From Candidatus Sigynarchaeum calidifontis (GTDB taxonomy: Archaea; Asgardarchaeota; Lokiarchaeia; Sigyniarchaeales; Sigyniarchaeaceae): a DNA stretch of 40,161 bases. Positions 1 to 9,849 of this stretch are shown piece after piece; within the stretch, counting starts at the first letter, position 1; the number at the start of each line of letters is the position of its first letter. Below the pieces are notes generated by a model. It searched no databases. It was not told the origin of the DNA and saw only the letters and a program-made list of their open reading frames with translations. Made by a program: the position numbers and the translations under genes. The stretch spans positions 1 to 40,161 of the forward strand of contig JAUQYZ020000268.1 of the NCBI GenBank assembly GCA_030587475.2. The letters run 5' to 3'.

Positions 1-2
1 CG

Positions 3-1811
3 CGATTCCACCATGCTGGCGGGCATCTTGTTCTGCTCGGTTCCAGGTACCAGGAGTTCTCGATCGATGGCGGGAACGCGGTGCTGAAGGCGCTCGGGAT
101 GAAAACACGCTTCGTGCCCACGAACCACGAATACATCCGCGACAATGGCTGGGAACACAAGACCATCGACATAATCCTTACAGCTGTCAACTCGAGCCAC
201 GTGCTGGGAACGAACGTCACGAGGCTCATGTGGAAAGCGGGTTGCATGCTTAATAACACGGACTCGCGTGCCCAGGTTGTCGCAACTTCCGCTTCAGGCG
301 ACGATCTAATAGCCTTTTTGCCCGCGCTCGGAGGGAATGGTTCGATTCTCGTGGCCGGTAGCGAATCGACCTTGCCGGCATCGATGACCGACGCCAGCAG
401 CGCGGGCAACGCGAAGTTTTTCGGCAATCTCTTCGAGCACGTGATGAACATGGCAGGTTCCGTGCGGATTGACGTGCACATGCCAACCGGTATCTTCTAC
501 AACGAGACGTCCTTGCACATGTTCTTCCACGTGACCAACACGACGACGGGGATGCATTACGTTCCGGCAAACTTGACTGCCGCATCGTGCAAGATATCCA
601 ACGGTTCCGGCGTGCTGCTGCAAGTCGGCCTGGACGACCTGGCAAGCCAATGGTTCGGCAATTCTAGTGTCGACATCACCACTCTCGCGTTTTCGCCCGA
701 ACCGTACCAGGTGATGCTAAACGTCACCATCGGCACGCAACAATTCACGAGGTCATTTTCGTTCTCGAAATATAACCGGTCCGCCACGGTGCCCCGTCTT
801 AGCGCGATCGCGTTTTCGGGTTTCCGGGGCAGCAATCTAACCCTTTCATTTGATGCCACCTTCCAAAACGAGACCGTGATGCTGAGCGGGAACCCCGGGG
901 ATAACGGTTCGCCCGAGTCCGAAACCATCTTCTCGATAAAGACGATCGTCTCGTCGATCCATGATATCGTGAACAGCAATACCCTCACGGTGCCCATCGG
1001 CAAGACCATGCCGGCCGGATGGTACGTGCTCCATTTCATGCACGGGACCAGGACCGATGTCTATCCGTTCGAGACGAACCAGAGGACAATGATCTTCGTC
1101 GACAACCACAATCCTGACATCGACCAGCAAAAGACGATCTTCGATGGAACGTCCCTTGATGATGTCGATCTGGGAAACGGGCGAGTCCGGGTACTTACCG
1201 CTCGAGCAAATCAAGCATTGCAAGTTGTCGTGGCTGGAACCGACAACGAATCAAGTCAAGGTGTGCTCTCAGCTTTCGCCATGTTTTACCCGATTTGTAT
1301 CATCAACGATACCGCCTACTTGATGCCGTACGGCTCGCAACTCATCATGCGAAAGTTGTCGTATTCCGCCGCTTCTAGCAATTTCAAGGGCGCGATCACG
1401 ATCCCGGCATCCGTCACGTTCACGATCGGCTCTAACCAACTCACGAGGCAGTTTACCTCGTGGGGTAGCTTCGCGGGAGCGGTGATCCTCGTCTTGCGGG
1501 ACGATGACGGCGCCTACGACCTGGCCTTCATCTTCATCAATCTCACGTCGGGTCTCACCATAGACTCGTGGCTCATATTGATGTTGGTGCTGATCGCTGG
1601 TGGAATCCTTGGACTCGTGATCGCCATGATCATTATGCGCCGCAAGCGTTCCAGGGAACAGATGGCCAACCCGAACATGGTGTCGGGCGTGAATAACCGG
1701 CTTGCCGTTAGCAGTAATTTGAAATTGCGATTCTGCCCATATTGCGGGGCGGAGATCAAGGTGAAGACCAAGTACTGCTTGTATTGCGGCGAGTTCATCA
1801 ATTTCACATGA
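3..1811 (+). CDS. 5'-truncated large single-pass membrane/surface protein with C-terminal TM helix and cytoplasmic double zinc ribbon
   Basis: The frame is open from nt 3 (RFHHAGGHLVLLGS...), so the true start lies upstream of the window. It has a Ser/Thr/Asn-rich beta-type ectodomain with many NxS/T sequons, a TM helix WLILMLVLIAGGILGLVIAMII followed by RRKR, and a terminal CPYC-x10-CLYC. Confidence 0.8.
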   Translation, partial: RFHHAGGHLVLLGSRYQEFSIDGGNAVLKALGMKTRFVPTNHEYIRDNGWEHKTIDIILTAVNSSHVLGTNVTRLMWKAGCMLNNTDSRAQVVATSASGDDLIAFLPALGGNGSILVAGSESTLPASMTDASSAGNAKFFGNLFEHVMNMAGSVRIDVHMPTGIFYNETSLHMFFHVTNTTTGMHYVPANLTAASCKISNGSGVLLQVGLDDLASQWFGNSSVDITTLAFSPEPYQVMLNVTIGTQQFTRSFSFSKYNRSATVPRLSAIAFSGFRGSNLTLSFDATFQNETVMLSGNPGDNGSPESETIFSIKTIVSSIHDIVNSNTLTVPIGKTMPAGWYVLHFMHGTRTDVYPFETNQRTMIFVDNHNPDIDQQKTIFDGTSLDDVDLGNGRVRVLTARANQALQVVVAGTDNESSQGVLSAFAMFYPICIINDTAYLMPYGSQLIMRKLSYSAASSNFKGAITIPASVTFTIGSNQLTRQFTSWGSFAGAVILVLRDDDGAYDLAFIFINLTSGLTIDSWLILMLVLIAGGILGLVIAMIIMRRKRSREQMANPNMVSGVNNRLAVSSNLKLRFCPYCGAEIKVKTKYCLYCGEFINFT

Positions 1812-2151
1812 CCCTTGCATATCAAAGCAACGTTCTGCCTTTTTCTACCTTTTTCGATAGATTCTGTCTTTGTCGATGGTTTTAGACTCCTATAAAGGTC
1901 TTTTATGGACGCATGCCGCGTTTAAAAAGTGCATATCGAGATCTTGTAAAAAGCAAGAAATGATCCTCATTTAGCCTGTGTTTTTTCATAGCTGGTTTTT
2001 CACTCGATCTTCTCGAAATGGCGGGGATATATACGGCGAATGATGCCTTCATTCATTAATGGAAATGAAAGAGGCCCTGTAGTCGCGTGACCTGGCCCGT
2101 GCAGGCAAACCGTTAACAATAAAGTGAAAAAATAATGCTTTTTTAGCGCAT

Positions 2152-4950
2152 TCATCCTTGCTTGGCGGAAAGGTGCCTCGCTTGAACTAGCCGAACGATG
2201 TCGAGAGCGACGATGCCCACGAGCACGGAACCTGCGATCCTGAGCCAATCGATCCAATCGAGAGGGACGAGCTCGAAGATCCCGGCTGCGTCGACTTCGT
2301 AAATGATGAAGAGTTGCAGTCCAAACGCGAGGCCGACCGCGAGTAGCAGATACTTGTTGTTAATTGGCGAGTGCCGCCAGACGCTTTTCCCGTCCGGAAC
2401 GCGGGTCACGAACACGACCCCGAGCTCGAAGAGAACCGACGCCGTGAGTGCCACTGTTCTCGCGTGCATCAATTTCGTGACGAACTCCGGGTTTGGGTAT
2501 CCACCTAAAACCGGCTCGATCCCGACAGGATAATATGCCGCATAAAGTAACAACGTGGCGAAGAACGCGATGATACCGCCAACGATTGCAAATAGTAAGA
2601 TTTCATGAAGCAGCGAAGCACCCTTGCCACGCGGTTTTCTTTTCATGATGCTCGGGTCGCCTGGGTCGACAGCAAGGGCCATTGCAGGTAGACCATCCGT
2701 GAGTAAATTGATCCAGAGAATTCCTAGTGCCGTAAACGGGGAATTCCACCCAAACACGACGGTCGCAACAAAGACGACGAAGATCTCGTCGAAATTGCTC
2801 GATAACATGAACCGGATGAATGCCTTCATGTTGTCATAGATCTGGCGTCCTTCCTCGACCGCCGAGATTATGGTTGCGAAGTTGTCATCAGCAAGAACCA
2901 TGTCCGCGGCACTCTTGGCAACATCGGTACCCGTTATGCCCATCGCGATGCCGATGTCCGCCTTTTTCAGCGCGGGCGCGTCGTTCACCCCGTCTCCGGT
3001 CATGGCGACGACTTGATTGTAATCTTTTTGCAACGTCTCCACGATGCGCGCCTTTATAGACGGGGATGCCCGTGCGCACACGTCCAGGTCCTTCATCACC
3101 TTCTTGAACTGGGCATCATCCATGGCTTCCAACTCAGCCGCAGTGAAGCAAGTATATTCCGCGTCCTCGTACGGCTTGAGGTCGAGGGCCTTGGCAATCG
3201 CGAGAGCCGTGTTCTTTTGATCGCCCGTGATCATGATGATGCGGATGCCCGCGTGCTTTGCTGTTGCGATGGCATCTGCAACCTCCTCGCGAGGCGGATC
3301 GATCATCGCTGCCAAACCGAGGAAGGTCATGTTCTTCTCGGTCGATTCCACCGTGTATTCTTCCAGGGTATCTGGCAACTTGCGCTTGGCCATACCGAGC
3401 ACGCGGAACGCCTTGTCTGCAAGGCTCTTGTTGGTTGCAAGGATTGTCTGGAGCATCTTTTGATCGAGAGCGACGATCTTGTCGCCGATCTGCACGCTGT
3501 CACATGTATCGAGGACGCTTTCTGGGGAGCCCTTCATAAAAGCCATCGTGCCCTCGCTTCCGGGCATGCGGGATGTGTAGACTATCGTCATGCGCTTCCG
3601 TTCGCTATCGAAGAAGATCTCGCCATTTGGTTTGGGATCCGTCTGCTCGTCCCACGTCACCTTGTAGGAGGTCTTCATCGCGGCGACGACGAGCGCACCT
3701 TCCGTGGGATCCCCCTCGCAGTGCCATGCGTTGTCCTTTGACGAGTATTGGATAGTCGCCGTGCTGGCCAAGAATCCCGCCTTGAGCAACTCGAGCAAGT
3801 CTCTCTCGTCGTCGATCGCCAATTGCTTGCCATCTTCGACGGTAATGAAATTCCCCTTGGGCACGTAACCGATCCCGGTCACCTCGACCATGCCCTTCGC
3901 GGGGGTCCAGAGGCGCTGCACGGCCATCTTGTTCTGCGTCAACGTACCGGTTTTATCCGTGCAAATGACTTGAACGCTGCCCAAGGTCTCGACCGCGGGC
4001 AGCTTTCGCACGATGGCACGCTTGCGGGCCATGCGCTGGACTCCAAGGGCGAGCGTGAGCGTGATGGCCGCGGCAAGGCCCTCGGGAACTGCCGAAACCG
4101 CAAGGGCGATCGATGTCTCGATGACTTCGGGAATGTTCGCATCCATATGGATAAGGAATTCAGCGATCATGACGAAGAAAACGATGACAATAACAAGGAT
4201 GCCAAGAAATTTGCCTAATTTCTCCAGCCGTTCTTGGAGCGGGGTTTTTTGCTCGGCGGATTCGATCGTGGCCTTGGCGATCTTGCCCATCTCGGTGGCC
4301 ATGCCCGTCCTCACGACGATTGCTTTACCACGCCCCTTCACCGTGGTCGTGCCCATGAACGCCATGTTCTTCTGCTCGGCGAGCATCACCTTTCCTTCAT
4401 TGATGATGCTGGAATTCTTGTCAACGGGAACAGATTCGCCCGTTAAGATACCTTCCTCGACTTTCAAGCGACTGTCCTCGAAAATCCGTGCATCTGCACC
4501 GATGGTCTCGCCTTCCCACATCACGAGGATGTCCCCGACGACGATGTCCTTGATATCCACGCGGGTCTCGTTCCCGTCACGGATCACGAGCGTGTCGTCC
4601 CCGGCGAGTTCCTTCAGCTTCTTGAGGCTTTCCTCGGCCCGGTGCTCTTGCACGAAGCCGAGCACGCCATTCAATATCACGATGATAACGATAACGAATC
4701 CCTCGACAAAGTCCCCGAATGCGAACGAAATGACCGCGGCGATCAACAGCAAGATGACTAGGAAGTCCTTGAATTGCAAGAGAAACTTCACGATCGGCGG
4801 TACCGTCTTCTCCTCGGCGAGCTCGTTGGGGCCATATTTCTCCAGCCGCCGCTTTGCCTCCTCCGAGGACAAGCCGTGCTGCAACGACGTTTCGAGCTCC
4901 TTGGCGATGTCGCCTGGGCTCTTTGCATAATAGAAGGTAGTGGTTGACAT
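2152..4950 (-). CDS. P-type cation ATPase, type IIA (SERCA-like Ca2+ ATPase)
   Basis: Motifs TGES, PEGL, DKTGTLT, KGSPE, MITGD and GDGVND are present. M5 SSNFDE, M6 WINLLTDGLPA and an M8 Glu (VLFELG) match SERCA Ca2+ ligands. Confidence 0.93.
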   Translation of the reverse strand: MSTTTFYYAKSPGDIAKELETSLQHGLSSEEAKRRLEKYGPNELAEEKTVPPIVKFLLQFKDFLVILLLIAAVISFAFGDFVEGFVIVIIVILNGVLGFVQEHRAEESLKKLKELAGDDTLVIRDGNETRVDIKDIVVGDILVMWEGETIGADARIFEDSRLKVEEGILTGESVPVDKNSSIINEGKVMLAEQKNMAFMGTTTVKGRGKAIVVRTGMATEMGKIAKATIESAEQKTPLQERLEKLGKFLGILVIVIVFFVMIAEFLIHMDANIPEVIETSIALAVSAVPEGLAAAITLTLALGVQRMARKRAIVRKLPAVETLGSVQVICTDKTGTLTQNKMAVQRLWTPAKGMVEVTGIGYVPKGNFITVEDGKQLAIDDERDLLELLKAGFLASTATIQYSSKDNAWHCEGDPTEGALVVAAMKTSYKVTWDEQTDPKPNGEIFFDSERKRMTIVYTSRMPGSEGTMAFMKGSPESVLDTCDSVQIGDKIVALDQKMLQTILATNKSLADKAFRVLGMAKRKLPDTLEEYTVESTEKNMTFLGLAAMIDPPREEVADAIATAKHAGIRIIMITGDQKNTALAIAKALDLKPYEDAEYTCFTAAELEAMDDAQFKKVMKDLDVCARASPSIKARIVETLQKDYNQVVAMTGDGVNDAPALKKADIGIAMGITGTDVAKSAADMVLADDNFATIISAVEEGRQIYDNMKAFIRFMLSSNFDEIFVVFVATVVFGWNSPFTALGILWINLLTDGLPAMALAVDPGDPSIMKRKPRGKGASLLHEILLFAIVGGIIAFFATLLLYAAYYPVGIEPVLGGYPNPEFVTKLMHARTVALTASVLFELGVVFVTRVPDGKSVWRHSPINNKYLLLAVGLAFGLQLFIIYEVDAAGIFELVPLDWIDWLRIAGSVLVGIVALDIVRLVQARHLSAKQG

Positions 4951-5077
4951 GATGCGGTTCGCGCCCTATTGCATATGAGCATGAGAAGGCAGATTGGCTA
5001 TTAAAATCGACATATGGAGGCGCGTGATGAGGCAAATAATCGTGCACGGTGGCTCGTGATCGATGAAATCCGAGGGA

Positions 5078-5812
5078 TCATCGCAATGTGGGCGGGCCTG
5101 GAGGGGGTGGGGGCAAGCCGGTTGAGGAGCGTGGCAGCCCCGGGCGCGGTGGCCCTGGTAACGGAGATGTTGCTTTCAACACCCGATTCGACACGCGTGT
5201 GGAAGCATCGCCTTCCCGAATTGCCTTCACCACGCCCGCGGCGAGTTTATTCAATATCGAAAGGCGGGCAGACCGGATCTTCACCGCCATCCCCGTGAGC
5301 TGGCCCCATTCACGAATCACGTAGAGGTTAACAAGATGCGAGAACTCTGAGCCGAATTGGGAGGATAGCAATTTGTTCAAGTTATCTCGAGACGTGCTTG
5401 CCTTGTCACAGCCCCGGTTTCGAGCGATCTCCCCGATTTCCGAGAGCACGGTTTCGTATGCATCGTTCTGCCATTGTTCCCGGAGAGCGCTCAAAAGCAT
5501 GACGAGTCGAAGCCGCGCATCAACGGTCGGATCGTCCCTTGGCAAGCTGGCGAGTTTCGCGTCGAAGATGGTTTTTGCGATGCCGAATTTATGTGCTAGA
5601 TTATCCACGATTGCAGTAAAATCTGTTTTTTGCAATTCTATCGGTATCGCTGCAAGAATGGATGATTTGATGGCCGTGAAAGCGGCTTTTGTCCCGGGCA
5701 CGACCAGGGCTCGCCGCTGCAACCTATCGACAACGCGGAAGCTGCTCGAAAGAATCTGTTGCTGCAATACTGCATCTATAGTCTCTTCGATGATGTGCCT
5801 GGACGCGGCCAT
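5078..5812 (-). CDS. hypothetical helical protein with C-terminal polyproline tail
   Basis: 244-aa ORF with an upstream TTTATA box (minus strand, ~5843-5848). It ends in PLPGPPRPGLPRSSTGLPPPPPGPPTLR. Confidence 0.75.
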   Translation of the reverse strand: MAASRHIIEETIDAVLQQQILSSSFRVVDRLQRRALVVPGTKAAFTAIKSSILAAIPIELQKTDFTAIVDNLAHKFGIAKTIFDAKLASLPRDDPTVDARLRLVMLLSALREQWQNDAYETVLSEIGEIARNRGCDKASTSRDNLNKLLSSQFGSEFSHLVNLYVIREWGQLTGMAVKIRSARLSILNKLAAGVVKAIREGDASTRVSNRVLKATSPLPGPPRPGLPRSSTGLPPPPPGPPTLR

Positions 5813-6210
5813 GGGTCATCATTCCATATGAGAAAACGCGAATATAAACCTATTTACAATTATGTGGCAGTGCCACGATTTTGTGTGGGAAGGTCCGGAT
5901 ATGCTCCATGCAAGCATTAATACCTAGAAAAAAGCATGATCTCGGCCATTAAACCAGTTTTGCCCCATTCGATTTCTATACAGGCCGGCGCGTGCGATCA
6001 TTTTTCTTGATCGGGATCGATGGAACCGCCCTCGTGTTGAAACAGTGATTCCTCGATCTCCTCTATTTCCTTGCTCTTGATGCGCGCGTACTCCACCATG
6101 AACGGGTTGCTTATCGTGGTTGCCATCATGATTGGTCACGGATGACATCGCCACGCGCAATCAAGAACGCGTCTCAACCAAAAGCGGTCTTTTTCGGTCC
6201 ATGCATTATC

Positions 6211-6999
6211 TTAGGAACCAGCTTTCCGATGCGCGCGGTTCTCCGGCAAGAACTTCCGGGGGTCTAGTAGATCGAGGTCATATTTCTCAACGATCTCGTA
6301 CATGTGCTGGCTATAATTGAGTTCATCGAGGATATCTTTCTTGAACCCATGGAAGTCACTGCATAACGAAAATTTCACACCATACTCGTGTCCATATTCT
6401 AGGAATGGCTTGAGCCGGTTCTCGTTGAATTTATTCTTGTTCAATTCGAGTGCCACGCCATATTTCCTCGCGTAAAGCACGAGTCGCTTCATCTTTTCCT
6501 TCGGCAAGTGCTTGGGGAAGTTCTCGTGCGGGTGGGCGAGCACGTCGGGCCTGTAGTCGGCAAATGCCTTGTAAATGCCCGCTTCCCACATGTACTCGTG
6601 CGTTTCGCGCGGAAAGGGGGGCACTGTTTGATGTTTCACGACGAGCAAGTAGTCGAAAAAATCAGGGGTAATGCCTCGCGGGAGCGTCAGCTGGCCGCGC
6701 GGGTTGATGTCGACCTCGGCCGAATGGAGGAACCGGATCTTCGGGAACTTCTTGTTATAGATCCGGAAGAATTCCTTCCGGTACCGCAACATGTCGGCCG
6801 AATAGCCGTTGTTGAATCGTCGCTGGTTTCCAAACCGCTTGGGGTTATGATACATTGCGAACGGGAACACGTGATCCGCGAAGCCCACGATCTGGATCCC
6901 GTTGTCGATCAAGCCTTGAACGATCGTGTCGAGGGGGAACTGGGCGTCCGAAAATGGCGTGTGGACGTGCAAGTCGAAGAAATGGAATTGCTCGCGCAT
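6211..6999 (-). CDS. PHP-domain metallophosphoesterase (HisPPase/YcdX-like)
   Basis: PHP motifs DLHVHT, FADH, AHPH and SDFH. The start was moved to ATG 6999 (MREQFHF) because the longer ORF overlaps the upstream gene. Confidence 0.85.
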   Translation of the reverse strand: MREQFHFFDLHVHTPFSDAQFPLDTIVQGLIDNGIQIVGFADHVFPFAMYHNPKRFGNQRRFNNGYSADMLRYRKEFFRIYNKKFPKIRFLHSAEVDINPRGQLTLPRGITPDFFDYLLVVKHQTVPPFPRETHEYMWEAGIYKAFADYRPDVLAHPHENFPKHLPKEKMKRLVLYARKYGVALELNKNKFNENRLKPFLEYGHEYGVKFSLCSDFHGFKKDILDELNYSQHMYEIVEKYDLDLLDPRKFLPENRAHRKAGS

Positions 7000-7051
7000 G
7001 GTGATGTCAGAGGATCCTTCGTGGGAGTAGATTTGAACGCGCCGGTTCTTG

Positions 7052-7897
7052 TCACCGCGAGGCGACGCGACCGAATTCCACGCGCTGCCCGTCCTCCGCG
7101 CCGATGACGCGCGTCCCTTCCCCGATCGCCGCCTGGATCTTTTGGACTTGTGCTGGAACCCGGTTGCCGTCGATTTCGTTGTCCATCCGCCTGCCGAAAT
7201 GCACGAGGATGCAGATTGCAGGCCTGATCTCGCACAATAAAGGTATGAACTGGTCCGTGCAGATGTGGCCGCGGCACGTGATGCTGTCGGGACGTAGCAA
7301 GTTCGCCACCAGAACGTCGACACCCTTGTACGTCCGGACGTAACCATCGAAAGGCTCCGAGTCGGAGGTAAACGCGAGCTTGTAATGCGGCTTGCCGCCT
7401 GGCGAACCTACCTCGATGATGTAACCGTTGTTCGGAACCGTGTCGCTGTGCCATGCGGGCGTGGCCGTCACGGAAAGGCCAGCTTCGAGCTGGATGGTTT
7501 CCCCTTGCTGCATGCCGACGAGGCGCTCGAGCATGCGGAAGTAATATTTCTTGGTGTCGAAAAACCGTGCCGGCGCGACAAACGTCCCTTTTTTCGACTT
7601 GAATTCCATGTCGTCTTGCATCGCCTCCACGACGGTCGACGCCTCGCAGTCGTGATCGTTGTGCTCGTGCGTGAGGAAGATATACTTCGTGCGCTTCGGG
7701 TCTATTTTCCAATCACGCAAATCCCTTGCCGCACTCGGGCCGGGGTCAACGTGGCACTGAACGCGACCATCAAGCAACTGCAGGATGAAACCACCCGTTG
7801 AACGCCGCTGGGTCGTGGCCATGTAACGCGCGCCGCCCGATCCAAGCACGACCATGCAGTCCCGGCCGAACCGTGCTCCCGCGTTCGTGGAAGTCAT
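7052..7897 (-). CDS. MBL-fold metallo-hydrolase
   Basis: LGSGG, VDPGP, THEHNDH (HxHxDH), AWH, TSD, GH and VHFG motifs. Confidence 0.88.
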   Translation of the reverse strand: MTSTNAGARFGRDCMVVLGSGGARYMATTQRRSTGGFILQLLDGRVQCHVDPGPSAARDLRDWKIDPKRTKYIFLTHEHNDHDCEASTVVEAMQDDMEFKSKKGTFVAPARFFDTKKYYFRMLERLVGMQQGETIQLEAGLSVTATPAWHSDTVPNNGYIIEVGSPGGKPHYKLAFTSDSEPFDGYVRTYKGVDVLVANLLRPDSITCRGHICTDQFIPLLCEIRPAICILVHFGRRMDNEIDGNRVPAQVQKIQAAIGEGTRVIGAEDGQRVEFGRVASR

Positions 7898-8048
7898 TGC
7901 ACGGGATCACGAGAAGCGTCGCTTAAGAACCCGCGCACCACCACTTGCAGCGATCGCAGACCCAGATGTTCCCTTTTTTTCGCATCTTGTAACCGCACTT
8001 GCATCGCATCGATGATGGTCACCCGTGGAAGGAATGATGGAGCTAGTG

Positions 8049-8240
8049 CTAGCGTGCCTTGTTCCGTCGCTTCTCCACGGCCGCAAGGTGCTCGACCTGG
8101 GAAATATAATCGTAACATTTGCCGGAGATGAACGATCGCGGGTCAATCCCCATTCGTTTCAAGTGTTTCAAGTCATCCTTCAAGTCCGAGGCGATTTTTT
8201 GCAAGTTATAGTAGTCGGCGTTGTTTTTCATTGCTTCCAT
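8049..8240 (-). CDS. small hypothetical protein (63 aa)
   Basis: Fills an intergenic gap, has plausible amphipathic-helix composition, and has a GGTGA SD-like sequence just upstream. Confidence 0.55.
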   Translation of the reverse strand: MEAMKNNADYYNLQKIASDLKDDLKHLKRMGIDPRSFISGKCYDYISQVEHLAAVEKRRNKAR

Positions 8241-8415
8241 GGCATTTCACCAGACATTTTATCAATCACGATCGAATGGAATTTGATGGTAAATACCACG
8301 AGGATCCTATGAGCCAGAGGAATACCGGGAGATTACGAAGGATCAATGGAAGCGGGATAGAACGGCGCGATGGAACATTTTATCAGCCTTAATCGTGTAT
8401 TGTTCTTGAAAACCG

Positions 8416-9843
8416 ATGGAACTCAAGATCGATTCCGGCTGGGCGAAGCCAGTCAAGGAGGTCATGAAGCGATTCCAGGACGAGATCAAAAAGCTCAATG
8501 CTGCTGGTGCCCGCCGTTGCTTGATAGACCTCGTGACGATGACCCGTTCGAAGGACATGGATGAATCAACCCGGAAAGATGCAAGCATCGCGTTGGAAAT
8601 CATCCAACAAATCGATTATAGCCACCCGGAGCAGGTCTTGATCACCATGGCCGACTGGAAGGGCGACATCGACCTGATCAAGAAAAACGCCTTGAATGAC
8701 TTGAAGCTCAAGAATTACGACAGCGTCGCGGACCTGGTTCCCAAGATCATCTACCTCGTGGAAACGAACAAGGACTTGTACATCAAGGTCAAGAGTGCCG
8801 AGATCTTGTCAGAGATCTCGAAAAAACATCCGATGCTGCTTGAAAAATACCAGCCGAGATTTTTCAAGTTGATGTTTGACGATAGCCTCGACGTGACCAA
8901 TTTCATCTCGGAAGTGCTCTACAATGTCGATTTCCAGACCTTCGGCACGCACAGCCCGGAAAAGATCCGCAAGATACTCTCGGAACGGTTCGAGGAGAAC
9001 CTGGTCAACGCGTGGATGAATATCGGATACCACCAGCATTTGCTTCGCTTGGAGATCAACGTCGAAAACTTCACGCGAAATTGGATCTTCAACGTTGCCG
9101 TGCGTCTTAAGAACGATCCAGGCTTTGTCGTGGCTAGCATCGAGCCAGAATATCCCTCCATGCAAGAACCGGCCGAGAATGCCACGTCCATTGATATAAA
9201 CGTGGTGCAGAACAAGGCGGCAAAGAAAGTTTTCATCTACATCGAGCCGCAGTACCAGCAGACCATCCCGATTCATGCGAAGATCGCGTATAAAAATAAC
9301 GAGGGAAAGTCTTTCGACAGGGAATTGATGAAAGATACCATCGACCTCTTTGCGTTGGTGCCTCAATTCTTGACAAACGTGAATTTTGGCCTTGTACATT
9401 GCAAAGAATTCTTTGAATTTCAAGCAAAAATTAAACAAATAAGGAAATTCGCCATTCCCGAGGTTATCAAATCCGATCAACTCACGATCGCGATCAAGGA
9501 TGTCATGAATGCCGAGTCCATCGTGTCCGTGAACGAATATATCACGGACAACGTGAAGGACGAGACGGAATATTACAGCGAGCTCTACTTCCACGGGCAG
9601 ACCAAGATAGCCCGTGATGAAGTCGTCATCGTCACTCGTGTCGCGGGCGAGGACAAGACTCTAACCTTGATGATCGCGGCAATGAAGGAGATCTACTTGC
9701 CCGGCTTGTATAACAAGCTGCTAGCGAAACTCTTTGCCCGTCTCAACCACAGGCCGTTCACGGCTCTCGAATGCCCGCGATGCCTCGCGACGCTGGACAG
9801 GGGCATGACGTTTTGCCCGAGTTGTAAAGCGAAATTGCGCTGA
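8416..9843 (+). CDS. HEAT/ARM-repeat protein with Ig-like and alpha/beta platform (adaptin-appendage-like) region and C-terminal zinc ribbon
   Basis: The N-terminal half has HEAT-like helices (LVPKIIYLV..DLYIKVKSAEILSEIS; LMFDDSLDV). A beta-rich segment follows (LRLEINVEN..NVAVRL..KVFIYIEP..IHAKIAY), then a helix/sheet segment and CPRC-x10-CPSC. Confidence 0.7.
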   Translation: MELKIDSGWAKPVKEVMKRFQDEIKKLNAAGARRCLIDLVTMTRSKDMDESTRKDASIALEIIQQIDYSHPEQVLITMADWKGDIDLIKKNALNDLKLKNYDSVADLVPKIIYLVETNKDLYIKVKSAEILSEISKKHPMLLEKYQPRFFKLMFDDSLDVTNFISEVLYNVDFQTFGTHSPEKIRKILSERFEENLVNAWMNIGYHQHLLRLEINVENFTRNWIFNVAVRLKNDPGFVVASIEPEYPSMQEPAENATSIDINVVQNKAAKKVFIYIEPQYQQTIPIHAKIAYKNNEGKSFDRELMKDTIDLFALVPQFLTNVNFGLVHCKEFFEFQAKIKQIRKFAIPEVIKSDQLTIAIKDVMNAESIVSVNEYITDNVKDETEYYSELYFHGQTKIARDEVVIVTRVAGEDKTLTLMIAAMKEIYLPGLYNKLLAKLFARLNHRPFTALECPRCLATLDRGMTFCPSCKAKLR

Positions 9844-9849
9844 GACGAG

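Noticed and set aside
3013-4930. Long antisense ORFs here and elsewhere (e.g. 15472..16419, 32002..33093, 38146..39048, 39133..40035) and same-strand off-frame ORFs (e.g. 34507..35469)
   Set aside because: They overlap well-supported genes, have no recognisable motifs, and are expected from GC-rich codon usage.
5924-6160. 78-aa ORF in the 5812-6211 intergenic gap
   Set aside because: It has no motifs, a non-ATG start and an atypical composition, so it is probably non-coding.
6999-7347. Arg/Ser-rich N-terminal extensions of the PHP ORF (similarly the PfkB, CBS, GH78 and dCMP deaminase ORFs)
   Set aside because: They overlap neighbouring genes. Downstream ATGs give family-typical starts.
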